The notes beneath the pieces are model-generated. The model saw only the letters and a list, made by a program, of their open reading frames with translations, was not told where the DNA came from and made no database searches. Below are positions 19,129 through 28,655 of a DNA stretch of 49,325 nucleotides, in pieces. The position numbers and the translations under genes were made by a program. This stretch comes from an uncultured archaeon (GTDB lineage: Archaea > Thermoplasmatota > Penumbrarchaeia > JASLWR01): the NCBI GenBank assembly GCA_964342815.1, contig CAYFHS010000029.1, positions 1 to 49,325 on the forward strand. The letters run 5' to 3'. Every line of letters starts with the position of its first letter. Within the stretch, counting starts at the first letter, position 1.

Positions 19129-20106
19129 TTATTTTTCACCCCCCTTGCCATCCTCAAAATCCTTACCATCCTCTGTACCTTTTCCACCAACATCCCCACA
19201 ATCACGGTGATCAACAACATCATCGCCATAATATTTCAGGAACAACTCTTCGAGACTGAATGTCATCAGATTCATGTTAACTATGCAATGATCGGAAACT
19301 GCCTTTATTACTCGATCCAGGTTCGCTGAAACCGTTAAGGTGAGGCGGTTATTCTCGTATATTAGATCGCTAACTCCGTCCAGCAAAAAAATATCAGGGT
19401 CTACCTCTTCTCTGAAATCGACTTCCAGAACCTTTCCCATCTTGTCCTGGAGATTGGAAATGTTCTCCACCACAACAAGCTCCCCGTTCTTTATTATTGC
19501 CACCCGGTCACAGACCTCCTCCACCTCTGCCAGTATATGGGAGGACATGAATACCGTCAATCCTTTTTCCCTCATTCCACGAAGGAGGCGATAGAATTCC
19601 TTCTGCATAAGAGGGTCCAACCCGGTTGTGGGTTCGTCCATTATTATCAGGTCGGGGTTCCCCATTAAAGCCTGGACTATACCTACCTTCTGCCTGTTAC
19701 CTCGGGAGAGTTCATGTGTTTTCCGGTCAAGGTCCAGATCCAACCTCTCCGCAAGGGCTTCCATCTTTTTGGGCGACCGGATATCTACCAGGGCCCGAAA
19801 ATGGTTCAGATAACTTCGGACGGTCATACCGGGATACAACCCGAAATCGCTTGGAATGTAGCCGATTCGCCTCCTTATCGCAGAGGAATTCTGATGGGGG
19901 TCCATTCCGAATATCTCAATATTTCCCGCAGTCTTGTGTAGAAGTCCAAGACAAGTTCTGATGGTTGTGCTCTTTCCAGCGCCATTAGGCCCCAGGAGTC
20001 CAAATATCTCTCCCTTTCGAATTTTCAGATCCAGGTCCCTTACGGCGACAAGCTCGCCGTATTTCTTTGTGAAATTCCTGATAACAAGAACTGGTTCGGC
20101 GGACAT
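19129..20106 (-). CDS. ABC exporter ATP-binding subunit
   Basis: GPNGAGKST, LSRGNRQK signature, IIMDEPTTGLD, MSSHIL. Confidence 0.95.
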   Translation of the reverse strand: MSAEPVLVIRNFTKKYGELVAVRDLDLKIRKGEIFGLLGPNGAGKSTTIRTCLGLLHKTAGNIEIFGMDPHQNSSAIRRRIGYIPSDFGLYPGMTVRSYLNHFRALVDIRSPKKMEALAERLDLDLDRKTHELSRGNRQKVGIVQALMGNPDLIIMDEPTTGLDPLMQKEFYRLLRGMREKGLTVFMSSHILAEVEEVCDRVAIIKNGELVVVENISNLQDKMGKVLEVDFREEVDPDIFLLDGVSDLIYENNRLTLTVSANLDRVIKAVSDHCIVNMNLMTFSLEELFLKYYGDDVVDHRDCGDVGGKGTEDGKDFEDGKGGEK

Positions 20107-20254
20107 GATATCACTTCATGGTTGTTATCCCACAACATTATTAGGTTATATTACGGAGAAGTATACAACGATCAAGTATATAGCATTACAGCTTGATATT
20201 TATAATGCCGTTCATGCACGGTAGTTTATATATTCATATCCCCATAAGGAAACC

Positions 20255-20914
20255 ATGCGTAAGATGATAGTTGAGCTGGATATCACAAGGTTGAATCCCA
20301 TAATCGATCGCCTGAAAGGCAACATGCTTGATATAATCGAGAGCTACGAACTGTTGGAGCTTCTAAGAACCGACTTCGAGCGTGGAATAAAGGTACACGT
20401 ATCCTCCATCACAATAAAGGAGGGGCATAGTTACGAGGAAATAAAATGGCCGGGTAACTTTCAGATCCATCAGCTGGCCCGAGACGGCCGGAAGTACATT
20501 CTTCTCTTCTCATCCCGCGCACCCAACAAGGCTTTCAAGATGCTGATGAATAAGTTCAATCTGAACATAATCCCTACCACACCCACGAGGTTCAGGGATG
20601 GTACATTCACTTTTTCGGTAATTGGAGAAGTGGAGGAACTGCGAAAGACACTTAAAAGACTCAAGCTCATCGGGCATGTTACCGACGTATCGTATCACAG
20701 AGCAGTTTACGAAGAGCATAACCTCATTTCGGTGCTCACCGAAAAACAGAAAGGGCTAATAATAGAGGCTAAAAAACTCGGATACTATGATTATCCCAGG
20801 AAGATCGATGCTGGGAAGCTTGCCAAAAAGATAGGACTTTCGAAGACCACTGTACTGGAGCATCTTCGAAAGGCAGAAGGAAGACTGGTGAAGAATTTGT
20901 TTGCCGGATATTGA
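20255..20914 (+). CDS. HTH-10 (Bat-like) transcriptional regulator
   Basis: C-terminal LTEKQ..I.EAKKLGYYDYPRKIDAGKLAKKIGLSKTTVLEHLRKAE. Divergent from the ABC operon. Confidence 0.9.
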   Translation: MRKMIVELDITRLNPIIDRLKGNMLDIIESYELLELLRTDFERGIKVHVSSITIKEGHSYEEIKWPGNFQIHQLARDGRKYILLFSSRAPNKAFKMLMNKFNLNIIPTTPTRFRDGTFTFSVIGEVEELRKTLKRLKLIGHVTDVSYHRAVYEEHNLISVLTEKQKGLIIEAKKLGYYDYPRKIDAGKLAKKIGLSKTTVLEHLRKAEGRLVKNLFAGY

Positions 20915-20929
20915 TAAAATTATAAATAA

Positions 20930-21003
20930 TGGGCCTGGCCGGATTCGAACCGGCGACCGCCCGGTTATGAGCCGGGTGCTCCACCATGCTAAGCTACAGG
21001 CCC
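20930..21003 (-). tRNA. tRNA-Ile(CAT) (Ile2 type, agmatidine-modified; tRNA-Met not fully excluded)
   Basis: Minus strand gggcctgtagcttagcatggtggagcacccggctCATaaccgggcggtcgccggttcgaatccggccaggccca forms a cloverleaf. The GGGCC acceptor and ggctcataacc arm resemble archaeal Ile2 rather than initiator or elongator Met. Confidence 0.9.
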
Positions 21004-21141
21004 TTTTGTGAACGTAGTGAGCAAATGGGACGTAAAGCCGTGAACCGTTGAGGATTACGGCGCTACAGGCCCAGATATGAGTGAAACGAGTATGTGGGAC
21101 TGTCAGATGTGAACCGGAATGGTTTACATCGCGACAGGCCC
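21004..21141. repeat. Tandem array of two 46-nt hairpin repeats with 23-nt spacers (69-nt period)
   Basis: Copies at 21027-21072 and 21096-21141 are 32/46 identical with compensatory stem changes. Both end in acaggccc, as does the adjacent tRNA end at 21003. Confidence 0.8.
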
Positions 21142-21174
21142 TTTGAATTATACAGATATAAAGGAATAAATATG

Positions 21175-21248
21175 CGCCGCCGACCGGATTCGAACCGGTG
21201 ACCTTGCGGTTAACAGCCGCATGCTTCCACCAACTGAGCTACGGCGGC
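21175..21248 (-). tRNA. tRNA-Asn(GTT)
   Basis: Minus strand gccgccgtagctcagttggtggaagcatgcggctGTTaaccgcaaggtcaccggttcgaatccggtcggcggcg. CCA is not encoded. Confidence 0.96.
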
Positions 21249-21418
21249 ATATATGGGCAATAATTTCAAGGCTGAGGTATGAAACCTCATATATAAAAAA
21301 ATTTGTTCATTTTTAATGATTTAACCGGTGATTTCATGAGAACAAATATCCTGATTAGGAGTTCTGTGAACTAAAAATTATGTCAAAAAGAAAAATATAT
21401 TGAAAACAATGCCGATAA

Positions 21419-22252
21419 TTACTTTTTAACCTGCTTTTTCATGGGCCTTTTCATGGGCTTTTTCATGGGTTTTTTCACGGTCTTTTTGGCCGGTTTCAAA
21501 ACTTTCTTGGCGGGTTTCGAGACGGTTTTTTTTGCTTTCGGGATCCCCTTTTTTCCAGAGGCGGCCTTTTTATCGGATTTCTTCGGCTTTGCTTTAACGG
21601 ATTTCTTGATGCCAGGTTCGGCCTTTTTAATGGGTTTGGCAGGTGAGGGTTTTTTTCCCTTTACTGCCTTAGCGGCAGCCTTCTTGGCTTTAACAGTCTT
21701 TGGCTTTGCCACGGGTTTTACAGATGGTTTCTTAGATGTCGAGGGTTCATTTTTCTCTTTAACCTTTGGTTTCCTTACTTTCACCGGTTTCCGTACAGAC
21801 TTTTTGGGAAGTTTTTTTATGGTTACTTTCCTTGGTTTTTTTGCTTCTTCGGATTCTGCCGGTTCTTCATCCACAAAAATAGGTTCAACCTCGAGAGGCT
21901 CGACTTCCATGGGTTCTGTGACAAGCTCCATCTTTATTGGTTTCATTTCGAGTTTTTTCTCGGCGCTCTTCTTTTCCAAGTCGGCCTGCTTTTTCTTTTG
22001 CATGTTTTCCATAAGTTTCTTTTTCATTATTCCCACAGTGGATTCAAATTTATCCAAGTCCATATCAGGCTTGGCAAGCATCTTTATTGTTGATATCTTG
22101 ACCCCCATTTCAGAATAGGTCATCGCTTCCTCTGGATATAATCTAGCCCAGACAGTCCAGAGCATCTTGTTCTCCGGCCTATTCACCGGTTGTCCGGGTA
22201 GTTTATCCAAGAATTCTTCCAGCTTTGTGATGTCATTCGAATCCACAGCCAT
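21419..22252 (-). CDS. Hypothetical protein with small helical N-domain and long Lys/Ala/Pro-rich histone-H1-like tail
   Basis: Likely start MAVDSND at 22252 (GGTGG SD). Acidic EPME/EPLE linker, then PAKK/KKP repeats ending KKPMKKPMKRPMKKQVKK. Confidence 0.75.
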   Translation of the reverse strand: MAVDSNDITKLEEFLDKLPGQPVNRPENKMLWTVWARLYPEEAMTYSEMGVKISTIKMLAKPDMDLDKFESTVGIMKKKLMENMQKKKQADLEKKSAEKKLEMKPIKMELVTEPMEVEPLEVEPIFVDEEPAESEEAKKPRKVTIKKLPKKSVRKPVKVRKPKVKEKNEPSTSKKPSVKPVAKPKTVKAKKAAAKAVKGKKPSPAKPIKKAEPGIKKSVKAKPKKSDKKAASGKKGIPKAKKTVSKPAKKVLKPAKKTVKKPMKKPMKRPMKKQVKK

Positions 22253-22381
22253 TCTACCACCATACGCTATTCGAAAGGTAACTGACTTTTCATATTTTAA
22301 ACCTATCCCCACTAACCTGCCTTAAATGGAAAAAAATCAGGTCTCATTAATTCAATTTATCTGTTGTATAAAATCAAAAAA

Positions 22382-22505
22382 TGGGCCAAGCCGGATCACG
22401 AACTAAAACTTTTTGTGATTTGGCTGCGCTGGCAAGGGCAGGCCAAAAAGTTTCAGAAAATCCAAAAACCCTGCCCTTACATGCTCGCCAAATAAATAAG
22501 AAGAG
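22382..22505. repeat. Duplicate of tRNA-Val 3' end plus ~110-nt palindromic insert
   Basis: tgggccaagccggat at 22382-22396 is identical to 22506-22520. Inverted repeats: agccggatcac/gtgatttggct, aagggcagg/cctgccctt, aaactttttg/caaaaagttt. Confidence 0.7.
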
Positions 22506-22579
22506 TGGGCCAAGCCGGATTCGAACCGGCGATCACCGCCTTGTAAGGGCGGCATCATAACCACCTAGACCATTGGCCC
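22506..22579 (-). tRNA. tRNA-Val(TAC)
   Basis: Minus strand gggccaatggtctaggtggttatgatgccgccctTACaaggcggtgatcgccggttcgaatccggcttggccca forms a cloverleaf. Confidence 0.96.
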
Positions 22580-22732
22580 ATATAGATCATCGAAACAGCC
22601 AATCTGACCTCTGAGCAAATATTGGTGTATTATTAAAAATTTACCCAGTAATTGAGCCGAACGCAAATCATCTTGGTCTCAATTTCATTAACGGGACCAG
22701 ATATAAATACATCTCATAAGATACCGGTAATC

Positions 22733-23521
22733 ATGACGATTCTGGTTACAAACGATGATTCGGTGGAAAGTCCGGGAATCTATAGCCTGATTTCTGCAGC
22801 AGCAAGAGTGGACGATGTCATAACTGTTGCACCCGACAGTCCAAAGAGCGGAATTTCCAAAGCCATGACCTTCCACAAAATGCTAAGAGCAAATGAGCGG
22901 AATGCGGTGATAGATGGAACAGAAAGAAAGCTCACTGCCATAAGCGGTACTCCTGCCGATTGTGTGTTGTTCGCCCTGACCCAGTTCCAACAGAAAAATA
23001 TATCGATGGTGGTAGCAGGAGTCAATGCCGGAGATAATACCTCATATCACTCAATATTCACATCAGGCACCCTGGGAGCCTGCATAGAAGCTGCTCTCAT
23101 GGGTCTTCCCGCCATTTCATTTTCGTACCAGTCCCCACCTGAGAACTGGTTCAACCACAAGGGATTCCATCTGGGGAACGAAGTCATCGATCTGCTAGAA
23201 ATTATTATCAGAAAAGGGGTAGAGAACGAATTTCCATCTAACACCAATATTATTTCAGTGAACATTCCCCGGTCCTATACGTGTGAAACGCCGATTATCG
23301 TCCGACCGCCACAGATCCTTCGATTCGAAAATGAAGTGATATGGGGAAAGGATCCCCTTGGAAACGATTACTTCTGGTTAGGCGGCAAGCTCATTAGCGA
23401 AAAAGTAAAAGGAAAAGACTGCTGGGAATTACTTGAAGAAGGTAATGTTGTAATTACACCTTTGGATATTTCGATGTATGCCGATTCGGACATTGAAACA
23501 ATACGAAAATGGTTTGAATAA
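22733..23521 (+). CDS. surE: 5'/3'-nucleotidase SurE
   Basis: MTILVTNDDS, VAPDSPKSGIS, SGTPADCV, GVNAGDN, SGTLGACIEA, VITPL. Start moved to the ATG at 22733. Confidence 0.92.
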   Translation: MTILVTNDDSVESPGIYSLISAAARVDDVITVAPDSPKSGISKAMTFHKMLRANERNAVIDGTERKLTAISGTPADCVLFALTQFQQKNISMVVAGVNAGDNTSYHSIFTSGTLGACIEAALMGLPAISFSYQSPPENWFNHKGFHLGNEVIDLLEIIIRKGVENEFPSNTNIISVNIPRSYTCETPIIVRPPQILRFENEVIWGKDPLGNDYFWLGGKLISEKVKGKDCWELLEEGNVVITPLDISMYADSDIETIRKWFE

Positions 23522-23524
23522 TAT

Positions 23525-24874
23525 CTACATTCCTGGAAAGTTACCGCCCTTGAACTGCTTCATCAGCTTCTTTCTCATCTTTCTGTCGGAGGTCAGTCCC
23601 TTCATAGCCTTTTTCGACATTTTGTGATATTTCAACAGCGCCTTTACATCCTTCGGTTCAACACCGGCTCCGTGAGATATGCGCCGCAGTCGTGAATGTT
23701 TTACAATTTCCGGTTTTTCCATTTCTTCATCAGTCATTGAATCCATTATCACCCGAAATCTTTTCAGATTTACCTTTGCTTGCGATACAGCCTGATCGGA
23801 CATGCCGCCGGACATTCCGGCAGGGCCGATTGGTAACATATTCATCACTTTTTGAAGAGGACCCATCTTTGTCAACATTTCCATCTGCTGATACATTTCC
23901 TTCAAAGTGAATTTGCCGGTCATGAGTTTCTTGGCGCTTTCTTCGAGGGAATCTTCATCCATTACCTCCTGCGCCTTTTCCAGAAGGGTCTGAATATCTC
24001 CCATTCCAAGCAGCCGCGAGATGAACCTGGGCGGATCGAACATCTCCAGGTCATCCATGTGTTCTCCGATACCGATGAAGACGATGGGTGCTTTTGTTAC
24101 CGATACCGCTGATATCGCCCCGCCGCCCTTGGCAGTACCATCGAGCTTGGTCATAATCACCCCCGTGATATGAACCGTCTCGTGGAACGCTTTTGCTTGT
24201 GGGCCGGCCTGCTGCCCCACCGCCGCATCTATCACCAGAAACCTCTCATCGGCTTTCGAGACCTTGTAGATGTTTTCCATCTCATCGATAAGGTCCTGTT
24301 CAAGAGAATGCCTTCCCGAGGTATCGATTATGACGATATCCTTCTTTTTCATTTTTTTAAGGCCTCTCTTTACTATAGAAACGGCATCCTTGTTACCAGG
24401 CTCACCGTAAACCGGAACCTTGGCCTGCTCCCCTAACTGGGCCAGCTGCTCGTATGCAGCGGGACGATGAACGTCACCGGCAATCACTCCGACCTGAAGC
24501 CCCTTTTTCGAAAAAAATTTCGATAATTTTCCGATGGTGGTGGTCTTCCCCTGCCCGTAGAGACCCACCATCATTATCACATGTTTTTTAAGGGAAACCT
24601 CCCTTGCTCCTCCCAGTACCTTTACAAGTTCATCGTAGATTATCCTTATCACGTGTTCTCTGCCGCTCATCCCTGCAAGTGGTTTTTCCTCCAACGCCCT
24701 CCTCTCAACCTCCTTCGTCAATTGTAAAACGAGTTTTACGTTGACATCCGCCGATAAAAGCGCTCTTTGAATATCCCGAACTATCTCCTTTATGAGATTC
24801 TTGTCCACGTGGGACGCCTTGGCGATCTTCTTGAGCGTATTGCGGAGGGATTCGCTTAAATTTTTCAGTACCAT
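23525..24874 (-). CDS. srp54: Signal recognition particle protein SRP54
   Basis: [55 protein letters not shown]-domain [11 protein letters not shown]. Start MVLKNL at 24874. Confidence 0.98.
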   Translation of the reverse strand: MVLKNLSESLRNTLKKIAKASHVDKNLIKEIVRDIQRALLSADVNVKLVLQLTKEVERRALEEKPLAGMSGREHVIRIIYDELVKVLGGAREVSLKKHVIMMVGLYGQGKTTTIGKLSKFFSKKGLQVGVIAGDVHRPAAYEQLAQLGEQAKVPVYGEPGNKDAVSIVKRGLKKMKKKDIVIIDTSGRHSLEQDLIDEMENIYKVSKADERFLVIDAAVGQQAGPQAKAFHETVHITGVIMTKLDGTAKGGGAISAVSVTKAPIVFIGIGEHMDDLEMFDPPRFISRLLGMGDIQTLLEKAQEVMDEDSLEESAKKLMTGKFTLKEMYQQMEMLTKMGPLQKVMNMLPIGPAGMSGGMSDQAVSQAKVNLKRFRVIMDSMTDEEMEKPEIVKHSRLRRISHGAGVEPKDVKALLKYHKMSKKAMKGLTSDRKMRKKLMKQFKGGNFPGM

Positions 24875-25061
24875 TGAAAACACCATCAATTCCGAGAATC
24901 GTAACTTGTGATATTCATAACATGAATCCATTCCTATATAAAAATCCTTATTGACAAAAAGTGTACATACGCCACAATAACACGACGGAACGCCGAAGAA
25001 ATCACTCCGGTTCCCTATTTACGATCAGAATCTGCTTACGGATAAAGATTATTCCATCTGC

Positions 25062-26516
25062 TTACCAATCTTCCTCGCCCAGAAGATATCTGTGCATGGA
25101 TGCTGCGGCCTTCCTACCAGCGCCCATGGCCAGTATCACAGTGGCGGATCCGGTTACAATATCTCCACCTGCCCACACCCCTTTCTTGGATGTCTTGCCA
25201 TCCTCATCTGCCTCGATATACCCCCAACGGTTCAATTCGATATCCGGTTCGGAGGACGTCAAAATGGGATTGGGACCAGCTCCTATTGCAATCACCGCCA
25301 GATCAGTTTCTATGATAAAGTTGGAATCTTCGATAGGGACTGGCCTCCTCCGTCCTGAATCGTCGGGCTCACCAAGTTCCATTCGAATGCATTCCATTGC
25401 CCGAAGCTTACCTTCATCATCCCCTATGAACCTAATGGGTGTTGTGAGAAAATCGAATATTACACCTTCCTCTTCCGCATGGTGAATCTCCTCAATTCTC
25501 GCCGGGAGCTCCTCCCTGCTCCTGCGATATATGATATGTGCTTCCTCAGCACCAAGGCGGAGCCCTGTTCTCACGGAATCCATGGCAACATTTCCACCTC
25601 CCATGACGCAAACATTTTTACCTGGTGCTATAGGAGTATCGTAGTTCGGAAAATCATAGGCTTTCATAAGGTTAGAACGGGTAAGGTATTCATTTGCGGA
25701 AAATATTCCCAGTAGATTCTCTCCCTCGAGACCCATGAATCGGGGAGCTCCCGCACCGATACCGATGTAGATGGCATCGAAACCTTTCTGGGTCATCAGT
25801 TCATCCAACGAATGTATCTTTCCGATAATATGATTGGTGTGTATCTTGACGCCTTGCTCTTCCATGCATTTGATCTCGTAATCCACGATAGCCTTGGGCA
25901 GACGGAACTCCGGTATGCCGTATACCAGCACACCACCTGGTTTGTGAAAAGCTTCGAAGACGTGAACCTCATGTCCCAATCTCATCATATCCGCTGCCAC
26001 TGTGAGCCCTCCCGGCCCCGAGCCAACAACCGCAATCTTCTTCCAGGTAGGCGGTGAACAGTTAACACAGCATTTTTCTTCCGAATATCGCTCCAGATCG
26101 GCAACGTAACGTTCAAGATAGCCGATCCCCACCGGTTCTTTGCTTACCTTATTCTGGGTGCAGGGCCCTTCGCATTGAACCTCCTGAGGACACACACGGC
26201 CTGTGATGGCGGGCAGGGCATTGTCCGCCTTGATTATTTCCAGTGCTTCCATGAATTTACCCTCTGCAATGGTATCGAGGAACTCCGGTACGCGAATGTT
26301 CACCGGACAACCCTTGACACAGGGCGAGGAGGGGCACAGCAGACAGCGCTTGGCTTCCTTAATCGCCGTTTCAACATTATAGCCAAGGTTAACTTCGTCG
26401 AAATTCCTTGCTCTGGCAAGAGGGTCCTGTTCAGTCATTTTGCTCCGATGAGTCTTCATTCGCTCTTTTTTTTCTTGAACCGGAAGACGCCTACCTTCAT
26501 ATCTGTATCCACCCAT
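25062..26516 (-). CDS. sudA: NfnB / sulfide dehydrogenase alpha (GltD-like flavoprotein)
   Basis: RCLLCPSSPCVKGCP, GRVCPQEVQCEGPC, GSGPGG, YGIPEFRLP, GGGNVAMD, AGGDIVTG. Confidence 0.93.
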   Translation of the reverse strand: MGGYRYEGRRLPVQEKKERMKTHRSKMTEQDPLARARNFDEVNLGYNVETAIKEAKRCLLCPSSPCVKGCPVNIRVPEFLDTIAEGKFMEALEIIKADNALPAITGRVCPQEVQCEGPCTQNKVSKEPVGIGYLERYVADLERYSEEKCCVNCSPPTWKKIAVVGSGPGGLTVAADMMRLGHEVHVFEAFHKPGGVLVYGIPEFRLPKAIVDYEIKCMEEQGVKIHTNHIIGKIHSLDELMTQKGFDAIYIGIGAGAPRFMGLEGENLLGIFSANEYLTRSNLMKAYDFPNYDTPIAPGKNVCVMGGGNVAMDSVRTGLRLGAEEAHIIYRRSREELPARIEEIHHAEEEGVIFDFLTTPIRFIGDDEGKLRAMECIRMELGEPDDSGRRRPVPIEDSNFIIETDLAVIAIGAGPNPILTSSEPDIELNRWGYIEADEDGKTSKKGVWAGGDIVTGSATVILAMGAGRKAAASMHRYLLGEEDW

Positions 26517-27359
26517 CTAATCCTCACACTCCTTTTGATAAATGTCGTAAGAGCATTTTTCCTCATTGAGATACGCTCTCTGTCTGGTAGTCAACAAGTT
26601 CCAGTCAACATCGTGTCCGTCGAATTCAGGCCCGTCGATGCATGTGAACTTTGTCTTGCCACGGACGCAAACACGGCAAGCTCCGCACATTCCCGTTCCG
26701 TCTATCATAATAGGATTCAAACTGACGATGGTTTTAACTCCGAAAGGCTTGGTCGTCAATGCACAGAACTTCATCATAATACCGGGACCAATGGAATAAA
26801 CCCGACCAATCTTATTATCAATGTCGGCTTCAAGAAGTTCTTTTAGAGGTTCGGTGACCAGGCCCTTCCTGCCGAAAGATCCGTCATCGGTGGTTATTAT
26901 ATGCTCGTGGCTGACCGATGCAAGTTTATTCTTCCAAAACAATAAATCCTTTGAGCGGGCCCCATGGATGGAGATGACCTTATTACCTTTTTCATACAAG
27001 CTCCTGGCAATGGGATAAATTGGAGCAGTTCCGACTCCACCGGCAACCATTATCACCGTTCCGTAGTCATCGATATCCGATGCATGACCCAGAGGTCCTA
27101 AAATCGCGAATATATCATCGCCTTCTTCCAATTTGGAAAGTCTCAAAGAAGAAGTTCCAACAACCATGAAAACAAGTGTGATGGTTCCTTTTTCCACAGA
27201 CCAGTCTGCGAGAGTCAGGGGGATTCTCTCCCCTTTTTCAGAAACCATTATTACCACGAACTGCCCAGCTCTTGCCTTATTGGCTATACCCTTGGCTTCA
27301 ACTTCCATCTCGAAAATGTTCGATACTAATTTCTTTTTCATGAGTATCTTGTTCATCAT
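26517..27359 (-). CDS. sudB: NfnA / sulfide dehydrogenase beta (FNR-like, 2Fe-2S)
   Basis: GERIPLT, GPLG, AGGVG, TDDGSFG, IGPGIMMK, MIDGTGMCGACR, CIDGPEF. Adjacent to sudA. Confidence 0.93.
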   Translation of the reverse strand: MMNKILMKKKLVSNIFEMEVEAKGIANKARAGQFVVIMVSEKGERIPLTLADWSVEKGTITLVFMVVGTSSLRLSKLEEGDDIFAILGPLGHASDIDDYGTVIMVAGGVGTAPIYPIARSLYEKGNKVISIHGARSKDLLFWKNKLASVSHEHIITTDDGSFGRKGLVTEPLKELLEADIDNKIGRVYSIGPGIMMKFCALTTKPFGVKTIVSLNPIMIDGTGMCGACRVCVRGKTKFTCIDGPEFDGHDVDWNLLTTRQRAYLNEEKCSYDIYQKECED

Positions 27360-27881
27360 TTCACCTCGTCATTTTTGTATTGGTCTTAATCTTGTTAGAC
27401 TGTCCCAAGGTTTGCCAAATCGTCTTCCATTTATAATCGAATCCATTGATGCGTAATCATTCGAACTGGACGGGGGAAAACTAATGCCCCGAGTATAAGA
27501 AAAATCTATATTTAATGTTTGTGCAGGAAATCCCATTTCACCCGAATAAGATAAACAAACGAATTATTTCCTTTCGATAATTGCTACGAAATATTATGCT
27601 ATACCTTTACATTAATGCCGGCTATAAGTGAAAAATGTCATTCTTCGATATCCATATAAATGTAATCAATTTCCGGCGTCCACATACATTTAACAGTACA
27701 AAAACCATAAGGGCTGTAAACACCTTTATCAAAGCACCATCATAGCCACCCAGTTCTTCTTTCCAAGTTTAAGTGGAAAAATATTTAGTAGAGTTGTCGC
27801 ATTAGTATGCCAAATATATCATATTGTCAAACTAAGTTTGAAAATTATGGTTATCGTGTATAAGGTATTCGAGGTAGGATA

Positions 27882-28610
27882 ATGCAACCCAGCAATATGG
27901 CATACGACAGAGCGATTACCGTGTTCTCGCCGGATGGAAGACTTTTCCAGGTGGAATACGCAAGAGAGGCGGTGAAAAGAGGGACAACAACGGTTGGACT
28001 GAAGTACGATCGGGGTGTGATACTGATGATCGACAAGAGGATCAGCTCCAGATTGATCGAACCCAGTTCCATCGAAAAAATATTCAAGATCGATGAGCAC
28101 ATCGGATGTGCCACATCCGGTCTCGTTGCCGATGCCAGGGTTTTGGTGGACAGGGCTCAGATAGAAGCTCAGATCCATAAGATTTCCTATAATGAGATGA
28201 CCTCAGTTGAGAATCTCGTAAAACGTATCTGTGATTACAAACAGAACTATACCCAATTCGGAGGAGTAAGACCCTTTGGAACCGCTCTTTTAATCGCCGG
28301 TGTGGACAACAAAGGTATTCACCTTTATGAGACTGATCCAAGCGGCGCTCTAATAGCCTACAATGCTGCAAGTATAGGTGCCGGGAGAAACACTGTTATG
28401 GAGGTATTCGAGGAGAAGTTCAAGCCTGGAATGAGCAAGGACAAGGCAATAGGACTGGGTCTTGAAGCCCTGGAAATCGCAACTGAAAAGGAACCCGACA
28501 GTGATACAATCGAAATAGGAATCATGGAAAAGGAAAAGGAATTCAGCAAATTATCCGCTAAAGATGTGGCATCGTTCGTGAAAAAATACAAAGGACGTAA
28601 GTCCAAATAG
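27882..28610 (+). CDS. psmA: Proteasome subunit alpha
   Basis: YDRAITVFSPDGRLFQVEYAREAV, GLVADARVL, RPFGTALL, ETDPSG. Confidence 0.98.
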   Translation: MQPSNMAYDRAITVFSPDGRLFQVEYAREAVKRGTTTVGLKYDRGVILMIDKRISSRLIEPSSIEKIFKIDEHIGCATSGLVADARVLVDRAQIEAQIHKISYNEMTSVENLVKRICDYKQNYTQFGGVRPFGTALLIAGVDNKGIHLYETDPSGALIAYNAASIGAGRNTVMEVFEEKFKPGMSKDKAIGLGLEALEIATEKEPDSDTIEIGIMEKEKEFSKLSAKDVASFVKKYKGRKSK

Positions 28611-28655
28611 TAATCATTTATTTCTTTTCGAAAAAAACCCAGAGAGTTGTTAATT

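Noticed and set aside
20769-20987. 72-aa minus-strand ORF (MVEHPAHNRAVAGSNPARP...)
   Set aside because: It is a translation of the tRNA-Ile gene plus the antisense of the HTH regulator.
21004-21141. CRISPR array interpretation of the 69-nt periodic repeats
   Set aside because: The repeats are 46 nt, only 32/46 identical and only two copies, with 23-nt spacers and no cas genes.
21441-22118. 225-aa Phe-rich plus-strand ORF
   Set aside because: Antisense shadow of the Lys-rich low-complexity gene; AAA codons read as TTT.
22733-22765. SurE motif TNDDS instead of the usual TNDDG
   Set aside because: The catalytic Asp residues are retained and the rest of the protein is canonical; a single substitution is not enough to claim altered function.
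24961-25485. 174-aa plus-strand ORF and many other short ORFs overlapping annotated genes
   Set aside because: Antisense or alternative-frame shadows of well-supported genes, with no motifs of their own.
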